The position numbers were made by a program, and so were the translations under genes. A stretch of DNA of 63,990 nucleotides, counting the filler, from a bacterium (GTDB taxonomy: Bacteria; JALSQH01): the NCBI GenBank assembly GCA_027004335.1. It is 9 parts of 9 records of this genome, joined end to end, with 100 filler letters (N's around TTAATTAATTAA, not from the genome) between each part and the next. Parts side by side here need not be neighbours in the genome. Positions count along the whole stretch, not along the records: positions 15,844 to 30,586 come from JALTID010000030.1; positions 30,687 to 35,739 come from JALTID010000033.1; 7 more parts are not named here. One strand, written 5' to 3'. Below the pieces are notes generated by a model. That model was given only the letters and a program-made list of their open reading frames with translations, was not told the DNA's origin and ran no database searches. Positions 20,506 to 30,687 of the stretch are shown here, piece after piece. Positions within the stretch are counted from its first letter, which is position 1. Every line of letters begins with the position of its first letter.

Positions 20506-22226
20506 TTCCCTGACCTTCTTAGAAATAAAATCACTTCATTTTTTATCTCATCAGAAATAGCACCACCAGCAAAAATAGCCTTATGGAGAAGAGAGGTTAT
20601 TCTACTTACTATTTCTGCAGTATCTGGAGGAAGAGTTTTACTCTCCGAGGATTTTAACTCTTCAGGATCCATAACATCAACATTCATATTCCATCTCACC
20701 CTGAAATATCTCTTCCACCATTCATATATCTTCTCTGGATCTCCTTTCTTCACTGCCTCTCTAAGCTTTTTCTCTGAAGCAGTTACTTCTCTTCTTTTTT
20801 TTCTCATCTCCTCAGTCATTTTTACCCTGAAACTGAGTAATCTTATTAAATAAAATAGAACAAAAAACCCCCCAATAATTACAAAGGAGAGCCACTTAAC
20901 CTTCCAGAACCCCATCAAATATGCAGTAATCCACCCAGGATATTCTATAATCTCATATGTAGATGATGGAGGTCTCAAAACCGGTCGTGCAGTCTTTGAA
21001 GTTATGACCTTTTTCTCTCCTGTTAATATAATCTTAAGAGTACCAGTGTTTATGACCATATATTTTTTCTTCTGTGGAGAAAAGTAGCAGAATTTCAACG
21101 GACCAAGTATAAAATCCCCAGCCTTATTACCCTGAAAAATGTATGTAATTATCCTATCAATGATAACTCCATCAGGGGTTGGTACCACAGCATCATTAAC
21201 CTGAGGGTTAAATATCTTAAAAGAAGAAGGGGCAGTTAGAGGGGGAGGAGCGGTAAGAGAAAGATTTCCTGGACCAGTGATCTCCACCTGGATTTGCAAT
21301 GGATCATTGACTTTTGCACTTATTTCTCTTTTATTCAGCTTAACTTTATATCCATCTCCTACTGCTCCTGTGAAACAGGGTGGCTGACCGGTTTGAGGAA
21401 GAGGGTAAGCTTTAATCTCAACAGGTTTCGTCCTGAATATTTTTGAACCTGTGAAAAAACCAAAAGGTACAGAAATTTTCGCAGGTGGGACTACAATTTC
21501 CCCGGGCTGCAGAGGAATAATTGCAGTTCTCAGTTCCTGAGTCTGGAACCACTTTCCATATCTTCTGATCTTCTTTACTATTGGCTGCTTCAGAAGATCA
21601 TACTTCCACACATTTTTAAAAGTAGGAGGAATATACCGAGGATTACCAAAAAGAGAACGACTGTTTATGAATAAGAACCTGTAAATTACCTGTTGCCCGA
21701 CATAAACCTTATTTTTATTAACTTCTCCAACAACTCCTATGCCAAAATTAGCTACAGATTCAGGAAGCGGTAGAGAAGTCAAGGACGATGAAGAAGTTGT
21801 GGCAGAGGGAGCAGTAGCGGGTAGCTGGTATGTGCTGATAACTTTTAATGTAAGAGGTGTAATGTAATATCTTCTCCCATGAGACTCTACATAGATATTT
21901 TTTATTGAGATCACGCCGCTGTGGAGAGGCTTGAGTTGAAGCACAACATCCTTTTCTGCCTGAAACGAGCCATTTATTATTGAAATACTGGTACTGGTAG
22001 AAGAACCAAGGATTTCAAAATCAGCATCAAGAGAACTTATTTCTGGATCAGGTAGGCTTCCAACAGAGCCATTTATTTTTATTGTAAGCTGCACAGTATC
22101 ATCAATATAAATCTCATTTTTCTCAAGGGTGGCTGAGATAGAAATATCAGCATATACTTCAGTTGTTAAGGAGAAAAAGGAGAAAAAAACAAAAACTATC
22201 CATCCGATCTTACCAGTCCTTATCAA
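20490..22226 (-). CDS. batD: BatD family protein
   Basis: STSTSISIING, KVYVGQQV, FTGAVG, ITGPGNL; C-terminal TM. Confidence 0.85.
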   Translation of the reverse strand: MIRTGKIGWIVFVFFSFFSLTTEVYADISISATLEKNEIYIDDTVQLTIKINGSVGSLPDPEISSLDADFEILGSSTSTSISIINGSFQAEKDVVLQLKPLHSGVISIKNIYVESHGRRYYITPLTLKVISTYQLPATAPSATTSSSSLTSLPLPESVANFGIGVVGEVNKNKVYVGQQVIYRFLFINSRSLFGNPRYIPPTFKNVWKYDLLKQPIVKKIRRYGKWFQTQELRTAIIPLQPGEIVVPPAKISVPFGFFTGSKIFRTKPVEIKAYPLPQTGQPPCFTGAVGDGYKVKLNKREISAKVNDPLQIQVEITGPGNLSLTAPPPLTAPSSFKIFNPQVNDAVVPTPDGVIIDRIITYIFQGNKAGDFILGPLKFCYFSPQKKKYMVINTGTLKIILTGEKKVITSKTARPVLRPPSSTYEIIEYPGWITAYLMGFWKVKWLSFVIIGGFFVLFYLIRLLSFRVKMTEEMRKKRREVTASEKKLREAVKKGDPEKIYEWWKRYFRVRWNMNVDVMDPEELKSSESKTLPPDTAEIVSRITSLLHKAIFAGGAISDEIKNEVILFLRRSGKWEGE

Positions 22227-22830
22227 TTCTCCCCTCCGGCGCCTGCTGGTTCACAGGAGGTAATTTCACAGCTCTATTCTTAAGGCTCTGGAGAACTGCC
22301 TGATTCTTGTTCATACTCTTTTTCTTCTTTTTAGCAGCAGATTTACTCTGCTTTTTCATTTTTCCTTGCTTTACAGTCATCTTTGATACAGAGTTCTTTC
22401 CCTTACCCTTTTTCATTCTCATCAAAAGAAGCTCCAGATTGAATTTCGCCTTGTAGTTACGAGGATTTTTCAGGAGAGCCATCTTATACATCTCCACCGC
22501 ATTGTTGTACTTCTTCATTTCTTCAAATGCCTTCCCAAGATTGTAGTAAACCTCATCCTGTGACACCTCTCCAGTAGAGAACGAAAGCCTGAAGTGATCA
22601 AGAGCATCTTGAAATTTCTTTTTTTTCAGATAGAGAAGTCCCCAGTTAAACTGAAATCTACCATTTTTTGCGAACTTATCTGAGAGCTTCTTATATATTT
22701 TCAAAGCATCATCCACCTTGCCCTTAGAATAAAGTTTTTCAGCTTTCTCAAAGGAATCTGGTTCCCTGTAGAACATGCTACCCACCAGAAAGAAAGGAAT
22801 AATAAGCGTTATAATAAACTTACCCTTCAT
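22210..22830 (-). CDS. batC: BatC-like TPR protein
   Basis: TPRs YYNLG..AKFNLE, Lys-rich linker, terminal KDW motif. Confidence 0.8.
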   Translation of the reverse strand: MKGKFIITLIIPFFLVGSMFYREPDSFEKAEKLYSKGKVDDALKIYKKLSDKFAKNGRFQFNWGLLYLKKKKFQDALDHFRLSFSTGEVSQDEVYYNLGKAFEEMKKYNNAVEMYKMALLKNPRNYKAKFNLELLLMRMKKGKGKNSVSKMTVKQGKMKKQSKSAAKKKKKSMNKNQAVLQSLKNRAVKLPPVNQQAPEGRIDKDW

Positions 22831-23827
22831 TCTTCCTCAACCTCAGAAGAGCCTCAATAAACATAAAAATAAAAAGCGGCCCCGCAAACCAGTAAAATCT
22901 ATCCTCGTAGTGAGAATAAACCCTTTTCTCAACTGTGGATTTTTCTATCTTTTTAATTTCGGACACTATCTTACCAGCCACTGAGTTACCCTGCAACTGG
23001 AAAAAGGCTCCCCCTGAAACCTCTGCTATTTTCTCAAGTGTCTTTGCATTGAGTTTACTCACTACAAGTTTACCCTTCTCATCTTTTTTATACCCTATCA
23101 TATTTCCGTGTGAATCAAATAGGGGTATAGGCTCACCAGAGGGAGTTCCTACCCCCACTGTGAGAATCGTTATTCCTGTTTCACTTAACTTTCTTGCCAG
23201 ATTCACAGGATCACCGCCAGTTGTATTTTCTCCATCTGAAAATAATATTATAACCTTACTCCTATCTCTTGCATTTTTATCCACCTCAAGAAGCATATCT
23301 GCCTTTTCAAGAGCATTCTCTATATTCGTTCCCTGATACTTCATGAGAGATGTGCTAAGACTCCTTACAAACTCCCTTGCAAAGTCGTAGTCAGTTGTGA
23401 GCGGCATTTCCACAGCACCACTACCAGCAAAGATCACCAGTCCCACCCTATCACCTTTTAACATATCAAGGAGAACTTCAAGCTGAAGTTTAACAAGTCC
23501 TAACCTTGATGGATTCACATCCCTTGTATTCATACTTCTTGAAACATCTACCACAAAGACGACATCCCTCCCTGAAAATTTATGGATCTCGGATTTCAGT
23601 CCATATTGAAACCTTGCCAAAATAAGCGAAAAAAGTGGTATGGTAAAAAGATAGATACTCCATAAGAATTTCCTACCCCCATCTCCACCCCTTAGAAGAG
23701 ATTTCAACTGCAATTTAGAAAAGAAAAAGAAAATCTCTTTCCGCTTCTTATATCCTCGCCACCAGAGAAAGAGAACTGGAATAAGAAAAAGCATCAATAA
23801 AAGCAACCATGGATGCATTACCTTCAT
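22820..23827 (-). CDS. batB: BatB vWA-domain membrane protein
   Basis: N-terminal TMs, MIDAS DVSRS, PLTTD, SDGE, VGVGTPSGEPIP. Confidence 0.88.
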   Translation of the reverse strand: MKVMHPWLLLLMLFLIPVLFLWWRGYKKRKEIFFFFSKLQLKSLLRGGDGGRKFLWSIYLFTIPLFSLILARFQYGLKSEIHKFSGRDVVFVVDVSRSMNTRDVNPSRLGLVKLQLEVLLDMLKGDRVGLVIFAGSGAVEMPLTTDYDFAREFVRSLSTSLMKYQGTNIENALEKADMLLEVDKNARDRSKVIILFSDGENTTGGDPVNLARKLSETGITILTVGVGTPSGEPIPLFDSHGNMIGYKKDEKGKLVVSKLNAKTLEKIAEVSGGAFFQLQGNSVAGKIVSEIKKIEKSTVEKRVYSHYEDRFYWFAGPLFIFMFIEALLRLRKNEG

Positions 23828-24771
23828 TATGGCACCACCAGTAAAAATGTATTTTCAAGAAAAATTACCGCAAGATAGAAAATAAAGGCAAGCCAGCCTA
23901 ACATCGGGAAAAGCTCATCATATGAATGGTAAACCTTTACTTCTATTTTACCCTTCTCCATCCTGTCTATGTCGTGATAGATTCGTCTTAAAGTAGAGGT
24001 ATCAGTAGCAAGAAAAAATTTCCCCCCTGTCATATAGGCAATTTTTCTCAGGAGGTTCTCATTTAATTGAGCGGTAGCCCCAAAGTACCTTGCCACTGCC
24101 CCTTTTCTTGTTCCCATCCCGATGGTGTAAATTTTTATATGATAATCCCTTGCAATTTTGGCAGCATCAAGCGGGGCAATGTTACCTGCATTATTTTCGC
24201 CATCGGTTAATAAAATTATAACCTTGGAAGGAGCTTTTGAGTCCTTTAATCTTGCCACTCCTTCCGCAATTGCCATCCCAATAGCAGTTCCATCTCTTAT
24301 AAAACCAATCTTAAGCTGATCGAGAATCTGAAGAAGTGCCCCATAATCAATGGTAAGAGGGGACATTGTATAAGCGTCTCTTGCAAAAGAGACAAGGCCA
24401 ATTCTATCATGCTTTCTTCCCCTGATAAATTCCTTAATCACCTCTTTCGCTGCAGCAAACCTGCTTGGTCTGAAATCAGGGATCTGCATACTACCAGACA
24501 TATCCAGAAGCAGCATTATGTCAATGCCCTCGGTATTAACTACCTTCTCTCCCCTTTCTATCCTGGGTCTCATAAGCATAAGAGCCACCAGAAAAAATGA
24601 AAGAAAAAAAAGGTAGGAGGGTAAATTACTGTACCTGATTGGCTTAACTACCTGTGCAGGAAAAGAATTTTCACCACCTGTGCCCATTCGTGGCATTCTT
24701 TTCTCGTAAAGCCAGTAAATTATCAGAGGAATAAAAAGCAGAAAAAACCACCATGGATACTCAAACTCCAT
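23827..24771 (-). CDS. batA: BatA vWA-domain membrane protein
   Basis: GIDIML.LDMSGSM, DRIGLV.F, PLTID, GTAIG, LLTDGENNAG. Confidence 0.9.
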   Translation of the reverse strand: MEFEYPWWFFLLFIPLIIYWLYEKRMPRMGTGGENSFPAQVVKPIRYSNLPSYLFFLSFFLVALMLMRPRIERGEKVVNTEGIDIMLLLDMSGSMQIPDFRPSRFAAAKEVIKEFIRGRKHDRIGLVSFARDAYTMSPLTIDYGALLQILDQLKIGFIRDGTAIGMAIAEGVARLKDSKAPSKVIILLTDGENNAGNIAPLDAAKIARDYHIKIYTIGMGTRKGAVARYFGATAQLNENLLRKIAYMTGGKFFLATDTSTLRRIYHDIDRMEKGKIEVKVYHSYDELFPMLGWLAFIFYLAVIFLENTFLLVVP

Positions 24772-25643
24772 GATACTTCATCCCCAACTTTATTATTTTC
24801 TTTGCCATATCAAGAAGTTCGTTAACTTCATCATCTGAAGGTTGATGCTTTGCAAATTTAATCAGATCGGATTTCTCAAAAAAAACTCTTATCATATTAA
24901 GATCAGAAGATGTTATTTTTTTTACCTTCATCTCTGTAATAATTTCAAATGTAGTTTCAGCAGGAGCTAAAAAATTAAATACACCTGCAAGATAGTCTTT
25001 TGTAATCTCAGTCAACTGGAGAAAAAACTCCTTCCATCTTTTATTTTGATAAAATTTAGATGTGAGAAGTTCATTCAATCTTCTTTCTGCAACAATTTCA
25101 GGTGGCACGGTTTCCTCCAGGACAACTTTTTTAGCCNNNNNNNNNNTTAGCCTCCTCTTTTTCAAAATGTTTTTTCAGAATGTAAAGAACTATACCAAGC
25201 AACAGGAAAAGTCCTAACAGGATGATAATATCCCAGTTAAACAGAAGTATCTTCTTCATATTTGATTGGGGAAAAGGTTTATCACCCGGTTTTGTAATAA
25301 GTCTTATACCTATTTTTAATGGAGGGAAAGTATATATTTTCTCCTTTCCCTTTTTAGGGGTCCATCTGAAACCTATTCCTGAAATAGTTACAGGCTGAGT
25401 GGAAAAGATAGAATAGGTATAGTAAATCTTATACTCATTCTTTCCGGAGATAATCTTTCTATTTTTTAAAATCACTACCGGATTGGTAACATTAAAGTAA
25501 TATCCTACCGTACCATCTGTATTTGGCCTAACCCATATAACAGAATGGATTTCGTCACCAATACTTACGGTGGATGGGTAAGTTTTATAGTGCCACTGTA
25601 ACGCATTAAGAACAATAAAGCTCCACAAAGTTAGAAAATTCAT
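24761..25643 (-). CDS. Bat-operon membrane protein (DUF4381-like); one gene split by a 10-N scaffold gap
   Basis: TTAGCC is duplicated on both sides of the gap (25137-25146); collapsing it gives in-frame KHFEKEEAKKVVLEETVPPE..ETT.E..SDLIKFAK. Confidence 0.75.
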
Positions 25644-26521
25644 CTTCTAAGTCTTCTCTTCCTCTCCTGAAAAAACCTTATCAATGGAGGTAGATAATCC
25701 CTGTTCAAAAATATATCAACAAAATCAACCTTGCTTTTAAATCCAATTCCTTTCAAAAGTGACTCCCTTTCTTTTAGCCATCTTCTGTAAAGCTCTCCAT
25801 TATAGTCCGTTAAATCCACCATAAATTGTGAGCCCTGTTCAAGATCAAAAAATCTGAATTTTCCATCGGGAAAATTTTCTTCAATCTCGTCCCGGATAAA
25901 GAGGCTTATAAGGTCATTCTTTTTTCTCACCACAGCAAATGGCTCTCGCAAAGCTTCAATATCATCAACCAGAAAATCACTTATTAAAAATGCTATTCCC
26001 CTCTTGGGGTAAATCTGGAGAAAATATCGCAGGGCAGCCTCAATATCTGTGCCTTTCCCTGATGGCTCAAAGGATAGAATATCGGTAATTATCCTCATCA
26101 CCTGTTTTCTACCTTTTCGGGGAGGAATATATTTTTCAATTTTATCCGAGAAAAGTAATGCACCAACCTTATCCTGATTTAACGCAGCGGAAAAAGCTAA
26201 CACAGCTGCTATCTCAGCAGCTACCTCTCTTTTTGATCTATCAGTTCCCCAGAGAAGAGAATCACTAACATCCACAAGAACATGCACGGTCAATTCCCTC
26301 TCCTCAACAAAGACCTTGGTATGAGGAACTCCCCTTCTTGCCGTCACATTCCAGTCAATGAACCGTACTTCATCCCCTATCTGATACTCACGAACCTCAG
26401 AAAACTCTATACCTTTCCCTTTAAAAACACTATGATAACTACCGGCAAGTTGTTCCTCAACAAGCTGGAGTGCCCGGTACTCAATTCTGCGGAGTTTCTT
26501 CTTAAGTTCTTCTCTGAGCAT
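25640..26521 (-). CDS. DUF58 domain protein (MoxR partner)
   Basis: GKGIEFSEVREYQIGD, IDWNVTAR, FVEERE, DVSDS, ISDF. Confidence 0.93.
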   Translation of the reverse strand: MLREELKKKLRRIEYRALQLVEEQLAGSYHSVFKGKGIEFSEVREYQIGDEVRFIDWNVTARRGVPHTKVFVEERELTVHVLVDVSDSLLWGTDRSKREVAAEIAAVLAFSAALNQDKVGALLFSDKIEKYIPPRKGRKQVMRIITDILSFEPSGKGTDIEAALRYFLQIYPKRGIAFLISDFLVDDIEALREPFAVVRKKNDLISLFIRDEIEENFPDGKFRFFDLEQGSQFMVDLTDYNGELYRRWLKERESLLKGIGFKSKVDFVDIFLNRDYLPPLIRFFQERKRRLRR

Positions 26522-27510
26522 CAGGGTACTTCTACTGTATCAAGGATTTTTCTGATTATCTCCTCTGGAGTCACTCCCATCGCCTCGGCCTCATAGCTAA
26601 GGATTATTCTGTGCCTGAGAACATCATAACTCACTGCTTTGATATCCTCGGGGATCACATATCCTCTTCTCCTGAGAAAAGCATTTGCCCTTGCTGCCCG
26701 GATAAGTCCTAGGGTGGCTCTTGGAGAAGCTCCAAAATCAATTTGATCTTCCAATTCACTCACACCGTAATCAGCAGGTTTCCTGGTTGCATACACTAAA
26801 CTAACCATATACTCTCTTAACTTTTCATCCACATAGATGGTATCAATGATATCCTGAATCTCAAGGATGTCTGAAGGAGAAAGCATCTTGCGAACCTTCG
26901 GAGGTTCCTTCCCGCTCATTCTGTTTAAAATTTCAAGCTCTTCTTCTCTACTTGGATAATCAATATTGAGTTTTAACATAAACCTATCAACCTGAGCTTC
27001 AGGCAACGGGTAGGTTCCTTCCTGCTCAATGGGGTTCTGCGTAGCCATCACGAGAAAAGGCTCCTCCAATTTATATGTATCCTTCCCTATGGATACCTCT
27101 TTTTCCTCCATTGCCTGAAGTAACGCAGATTGCACCTTTGCAGGAGCTCTGTTTATCTCATCTGCAAGGATCAAACTTGCAAAAATCGGCCCTTTCTGCA
27201 CCCTGAAAGAGCCTGAGGATTGATCATAAATAAGGGTCCCAATTATATCTGCAGGAAGAAGGTCAGGGGTAAATTGAATCCTCTGAAACTTGATATCAAG
27301 AATATCAGCGAGGGTTTTAACAGTAAGAGTTTTTGCAAGACCCGGAACACCTTCCACCAGAATATGCCCCCTGCTGAATAAACCGATGAGGACCCTTTCT
27401 ACCATGTACTTTTGACCCACAATAACCTTCCCTATCTCATTTAGAATATCTTCCAGGAGAAAACCTTTTTCCTGAACCTTTTCATTCAATTCCTGAATTT
27501 CACCTTTCAT
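26521..27510 (-). CDS. moxR: MoxR-family AAA+ ATPase
   Basis: EGVPGLAKT, RIQFTPDLLP, DEINRAPAKVQSALL, ATQNPIEQEGTYPLPEAQ. Confidence 0.96.
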   Translation of the reverse strand: MKGEIQELNEKVQEKGFLLEDILNEIGKVIVGQKYMVERVLIGLFSRGHILVEGVPGLAKTLTVKTLADILDIKFQRIQFTPDLLPADIIGTLIYDQSSGSFRVQKGPIFASLILADEINRAPAKVQSALLQAMEEKEVSIGKDTYKLEEPFLVMATQNPIEQEGTYPLPEAQVDRFMLKLNIDYPSREEELEILNRMSGKEPPKVRKMLSPSDILEIQDIIDTIYVDEKLREYMVSLVYATRKPADYGVSELEDQIDFGASPRATLGLIRAARANAFLRRRGYVIPEDIKAVSYDVLRHRIILSYEAEAMGVTPEEIIRKILDTVEVP

Positions 27511-28354
27511 CTTCCATATCCCCCATTAGGTTTTTAAGTTTCTCAACTGTTCTTTTTTCGATCTGCCGTACTCTTTCGCGGGAAATCCCAAGTATGTCAG
27601 CAATCTCCTGAAGGGTCATAGGCTTTTCTGCCATTAGTCTATCTTTAAGAATTAGTTTCTCTCTATCATTTAGAATCTCTTTTGCCTTCTCAAGTTTCTC
27701 ATGAAATATTTTTTTTCTTTCATTTTCAATCACCTGCTCCTCTTGAGGTTCGAATGGAGCACTAAATAGATCTCCAATTTTTGTCCTTCCCTCATCATCA
27801 ATTTCAGCATCCAGGGAAAGATCAGGGGCATACAACCTCTTCTCCATCTCCTCAACATCTTTAGCACTGACCCCTAACTTTTCTGCTACATCTTCGGAAG
27901 AAACTTGCTTACCCGATTCAAGCATGAGGGCGCTTTTTACAGGACCAAGCCTATAGATGAGTTTCCTTTCAGTTTCAGTAGTGCCCATTCCTACTATTCT
28001 CAGATTCTTCATAATATATTTCTGGATATATGCCCTTATCCACCACACAGCGTATGTGATAAATCTGTATCCCCTGTAGGGATCAAACTTTTGAAGAGCT
28101 GTCATTAATCCAAGATTGCCTTCCTGGATAAGATCAAGAAGCCTGATTCCATAATTTCTGTACTCCATGGCAATTTTTACCACAAATCTTAAATTAGAAA
28201 GGATCAGTTTTTTTGCTGCTTCAGGATCCTTTGTTTCATAATATCTTTTCGCAAGTTCAAATTCCTCCTCAGGTGTTAAAAGAGGTACTTTCTCAATTTC
28301 ATGGATATAGATCTGGAGTGACTTATCTTCATATAATGCCGGTAATTGTTTCAT
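27500..28354 (-). CDS. rpoH: RpoH (sigma-32)-like RNA polymerase sigma factor
   Basis: NLRFVVKIA, DLIQEGNLGL, YAVWWIRAYI, degenerate RpoH box (GTTETERKLIYRL), region 4 GISRERVRQIE. Confidence 0.8.
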   Translation of the reverse strand: MKQLPALYEDKSLQIYIHEIEKVPLLTPEEEFELAKRYYETKDPEAAKKLILSNLRFVVKIAMEYRNYGIRLLDLIQEGNLGLMTALQKFDPYRGYRFITYAVWWIRAYIQKYIMKNLRIVGMGTTETERKLIYRLGPVKSALMLESGKQVSSEDVAEKLGVSAKDVEEMEKRLYAPDLSLDAEIDDEGRTKIGDLFSAPFEPQEEQVIENERKKIFHEKLEKAKEILNDREKLILKDRLMAEKPMTLQEIADILGISRERVRQIEKRTVEKLKNLMGDMEDER

Positions 28355-28386
28355 GTTACTTTTGACTCCTCAACAGCAAAAATAGT

Positions 28387-28947
28387 TCAAGGCGATGCTT
28401 CTACAAATTGATTTCTGTCAAGGGCAAAATTCTTCTTAAAAGAAGCCCCACTTATAGGGGTTTTTCTGAATAATTTCAAGAGAGATAATCCCACCTTAGA
28501 AGATTCTCCCTCAACGATGAGTTGCATATTATACCTACTTTTTTGTACAGGAAGGATAATCTGAGTAACATAACTGTAATCTTCATCACCATAACAAGGA
28601 TAAAAGGTATATGAATACCATCTATCAGTTCCTTCAATTTTCACAGTTATCTTTAAATCGGGAACAGGAGTTTTTGCTCCTATATCACCGAGAGCTTCAC
28701 GAAGCTGCGTCTTAAAAACAAGCATAAAATCCGAATCTTTTTTTGCCGGGAGCAAAATTTCATCTCCATATCTCAAAGAATGAGGGGGATAAACCCAGAG
28801 GGAATAATCAATTAAGTCTGACCAACTCCCATGAGTTAAAATAAATGGTTGAAAATCTGAGGGGATCTCTTCCATTGAACTACTACAACTATTGATGGAA
28901 AAAGGCAAAAGAAAAATTAGAAAAAGGAAAAGTAATAGCCTTTTCAC
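28387..28947 (-). CDS. Hypothetical lipoprotein
   Basis: GTG start overlapping the upstream stop (GTGA), hydrophobic signal, lipobox INSC. Confidence 0.75.
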   Translation of the reverse strand: MKRLLLFLFLIFLLPFSINSCSSSMEEIPSDFQPFILTHGSWSDLIDYSLWVYPPHSLRYGDEILLPAKKDSDFMLVFKTQLREALGDIGAKTPVPDLKITVKIEGTDRWYSYTFYPCYGDEDYSYVTQIILPVQKSRYNMQLIVEGESSKVGLSLLKLFRKTPISGASFKKNFALDRNQFVEASP

Positions 28948-30287
28948 TTCCCTTCCTCCCATAGAGAATTCAATATTGAAACAAGTTCATTCCTTGCATT
29001 TTCAGCCACATTCTCATCTCCTGCGAGAACTGCTGTCTGCCACATTTTAAAATTGTTCTCATAAAGGGAATACTGGTCACCACCCAATTTTTTTATAATC
29101 CACTCTCCACCTTTATCAATATATCTATTTAAAATTTCATTCCATTGAGATTCTCCATCTTCAACTTTTCTCATAAAAAACTCCACAGCTTTACTCCAAA
29201 ATTTGTAAAGCAAAATCTCAGGGGCAGTGGAACCCTGAGAAATATCATCTATCCAGCCCTGGACAGGAAACCCAATTTCATCAGCGATAGGCTTAAAAAA
29301 ATAGACATAACATGTAAGTTCTCCAACCGGAGCAGTCAGGGAATTCATATAGTAATCTGCAATATTTTTCTGTAACACACCTTCAGCCCCGATGAGATAA
29401 AGGGAGGGATCTTCTCCCCTTATCACACTATTCCTGGCCTTGTTAAACAAGCTATCCCATTCTATTACCATTCCAGAAGAAGAAATATAATCAATAAAGC
29501 TTCTTCCCCAGAACCACATCTCTTCCACAGAGGAATATTCCACAGTCGAATAGGGAAGAAGATCAATCATTTTATAAAACCCAAGTACTCTGGCAAGGAC
29601 TCCTGAGTATGAAAACTTCTCTTTGTCAGAGGCATGCTTTTTAAGAAGATTAAAAATATTCATCTCATCCTGTGTTAAATCACCAAGTCTTCTCCTGAGT
29701 AACTCAATGTCGTTGCCTATTCTGCTGTAAGAATCCTGAGTTATCTGAACAATTGTGTTTGAAGTCATTAAAATATCATCGTGAGGATCCCATGGGAAAA
29801 AAGGGCCGGGGGCATCAGTAATTGAATAATTATTCCACGAAATATTTTCAGTTACTTTCACCCCATATAATTTTATGTCATAAGTTTCATCCAGGATGGA
29901 ACCTATATCTTCAAGAGAATCCTTCACAATATTATTATCCGGCCCAATAATTATCTCAATTTCATCTGCTGATTCCATATGTTCATCATCTACAGGTGTC
30001 ACATAGATGTATCCAACAGGCAAAAAAACAGGGGAAAGTTGAGATTCATAGATTTTCCCGGAATTTTTGTAAAGAGTGACCTTACCCGAGAGGTAGGGAA
30101 CACTCTTAAAAGATATTCCCTCTACTTCCAATGAGGGCTTAACAAAAAGATAAAAACCACCCCTGTCACTCATCTCCGAGGAAAAATGCCATGAGATATC
30201 AATTGAATTCCCCACACCCCACGAAAACTCTCTTGAGTAAAGGGGTAAACTCAAAAAAAATAACATAAGAATCAGGAACCTTTTCAA
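28944..30287 (-). CDS. Hypothetical secreted protein
   Basis: 447-aa ORF, signal peptide MKRFLILMLFFLSLPLYS, coupled to both neighbours. Confidence 0.8.
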   Translation of the reverse strand: MKRFLILMLFFLSLPLYSREFSWGVGNSIDISWHFSSEMSDRGGFYLFVKPSLEVEGISFKSVPYLSGKVTLYKNSGKIYESQLSPVFLPVGYIYVTPVDDEHMESADEIEIIIGPDNNIVKDSLEDIGSILDETYDIKLYGVKVTENISWNNYSITDAPGPFFPWDPHDDILMTSNTIVQITQDSYSRIGNDIELLRRRLGDLTQDEMNIFNLLKKHASDKEKFSYSGVLARVLGFYKMIDLLPYSTVEYSSVEEMWFWGRSFIDYISSSGMVIEWDSLFNKARNSVIRGEDPSLYLIGAEGVLQKNIADYYMNSLTAPVGELTCYVYFFKPIADEIGFPVQGWIDDISQGSTAPEILLYKFWSKAVEFFMRKVEDGESQWNEILNRYIDKGGEWIIKKLGGDQYSLYENNFKMWQTAVLAGDENVAENARNELVSILNSLWEEGK

Positions 30288-30586
30288 GTTACACCTTCTC
30301 CTATCTTTGTTTTTTCAAATTTAGTTATGAGCGCAGGCAACTCTCTCAAAGAATTCAGAAAGTAAACTCCCTCAAAGGAGTTTTTTACTGTAACTATGGT
30401 TACATTTGCCCTGATCCCAGTTTCTACATCTATTTCCGAATCACCAACATAAACTGTTTCAGAGGGAAGGATACTCCATTTTTCCATAATAAATTCAATG
30501 GGATACGGATCAGGCTTTGCATTGACCACATCATTTGCCGACAGAACAACATCAAAATAATCAATTAAATTCAGATATTCTAAAAG
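30284..30586 (-). CDS. HAD-family hydrolase (phosphoglycolate phosphatase-like), 5'-truncated
   Basis: AKPDPYP (motif III), YVGDSEID (motif IV). Confidence 0.85.
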   Translation of the reverse strand, partial: LLEYLNLIDYFDVVLSANDVVNAKPDPYPIEFIMEKWSILPSETVYVGDSEIDVETGIRANVTIVTVKNSFEGVYFLNSLRELPALITKFEKTKIGEGVT

Positions 30587-30686
30587 NNNNNNNNNNNNNN
30601 NNNNNNNNNNNNNNNNNNNNNNNNNNNNNNTTAATTAATTAANNNNNNNNNNNNNNNNNNNNNNNNNNNNNNNNNNNNNNNNNNNN
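30587..30686. other. Synthetic contig linker
   Basis: N44-TTAATTAATTAA-N44. Confidence 0.97.
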
Positions 30687-30687
30687 A

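Noticed and set aside
25131-25152. Apparent two genes or a frameshift in the bat operon
   Set aside because: TTAGCC is duplicated across a 10-N scaffold gap; merging the copies restores one in-frame gene.
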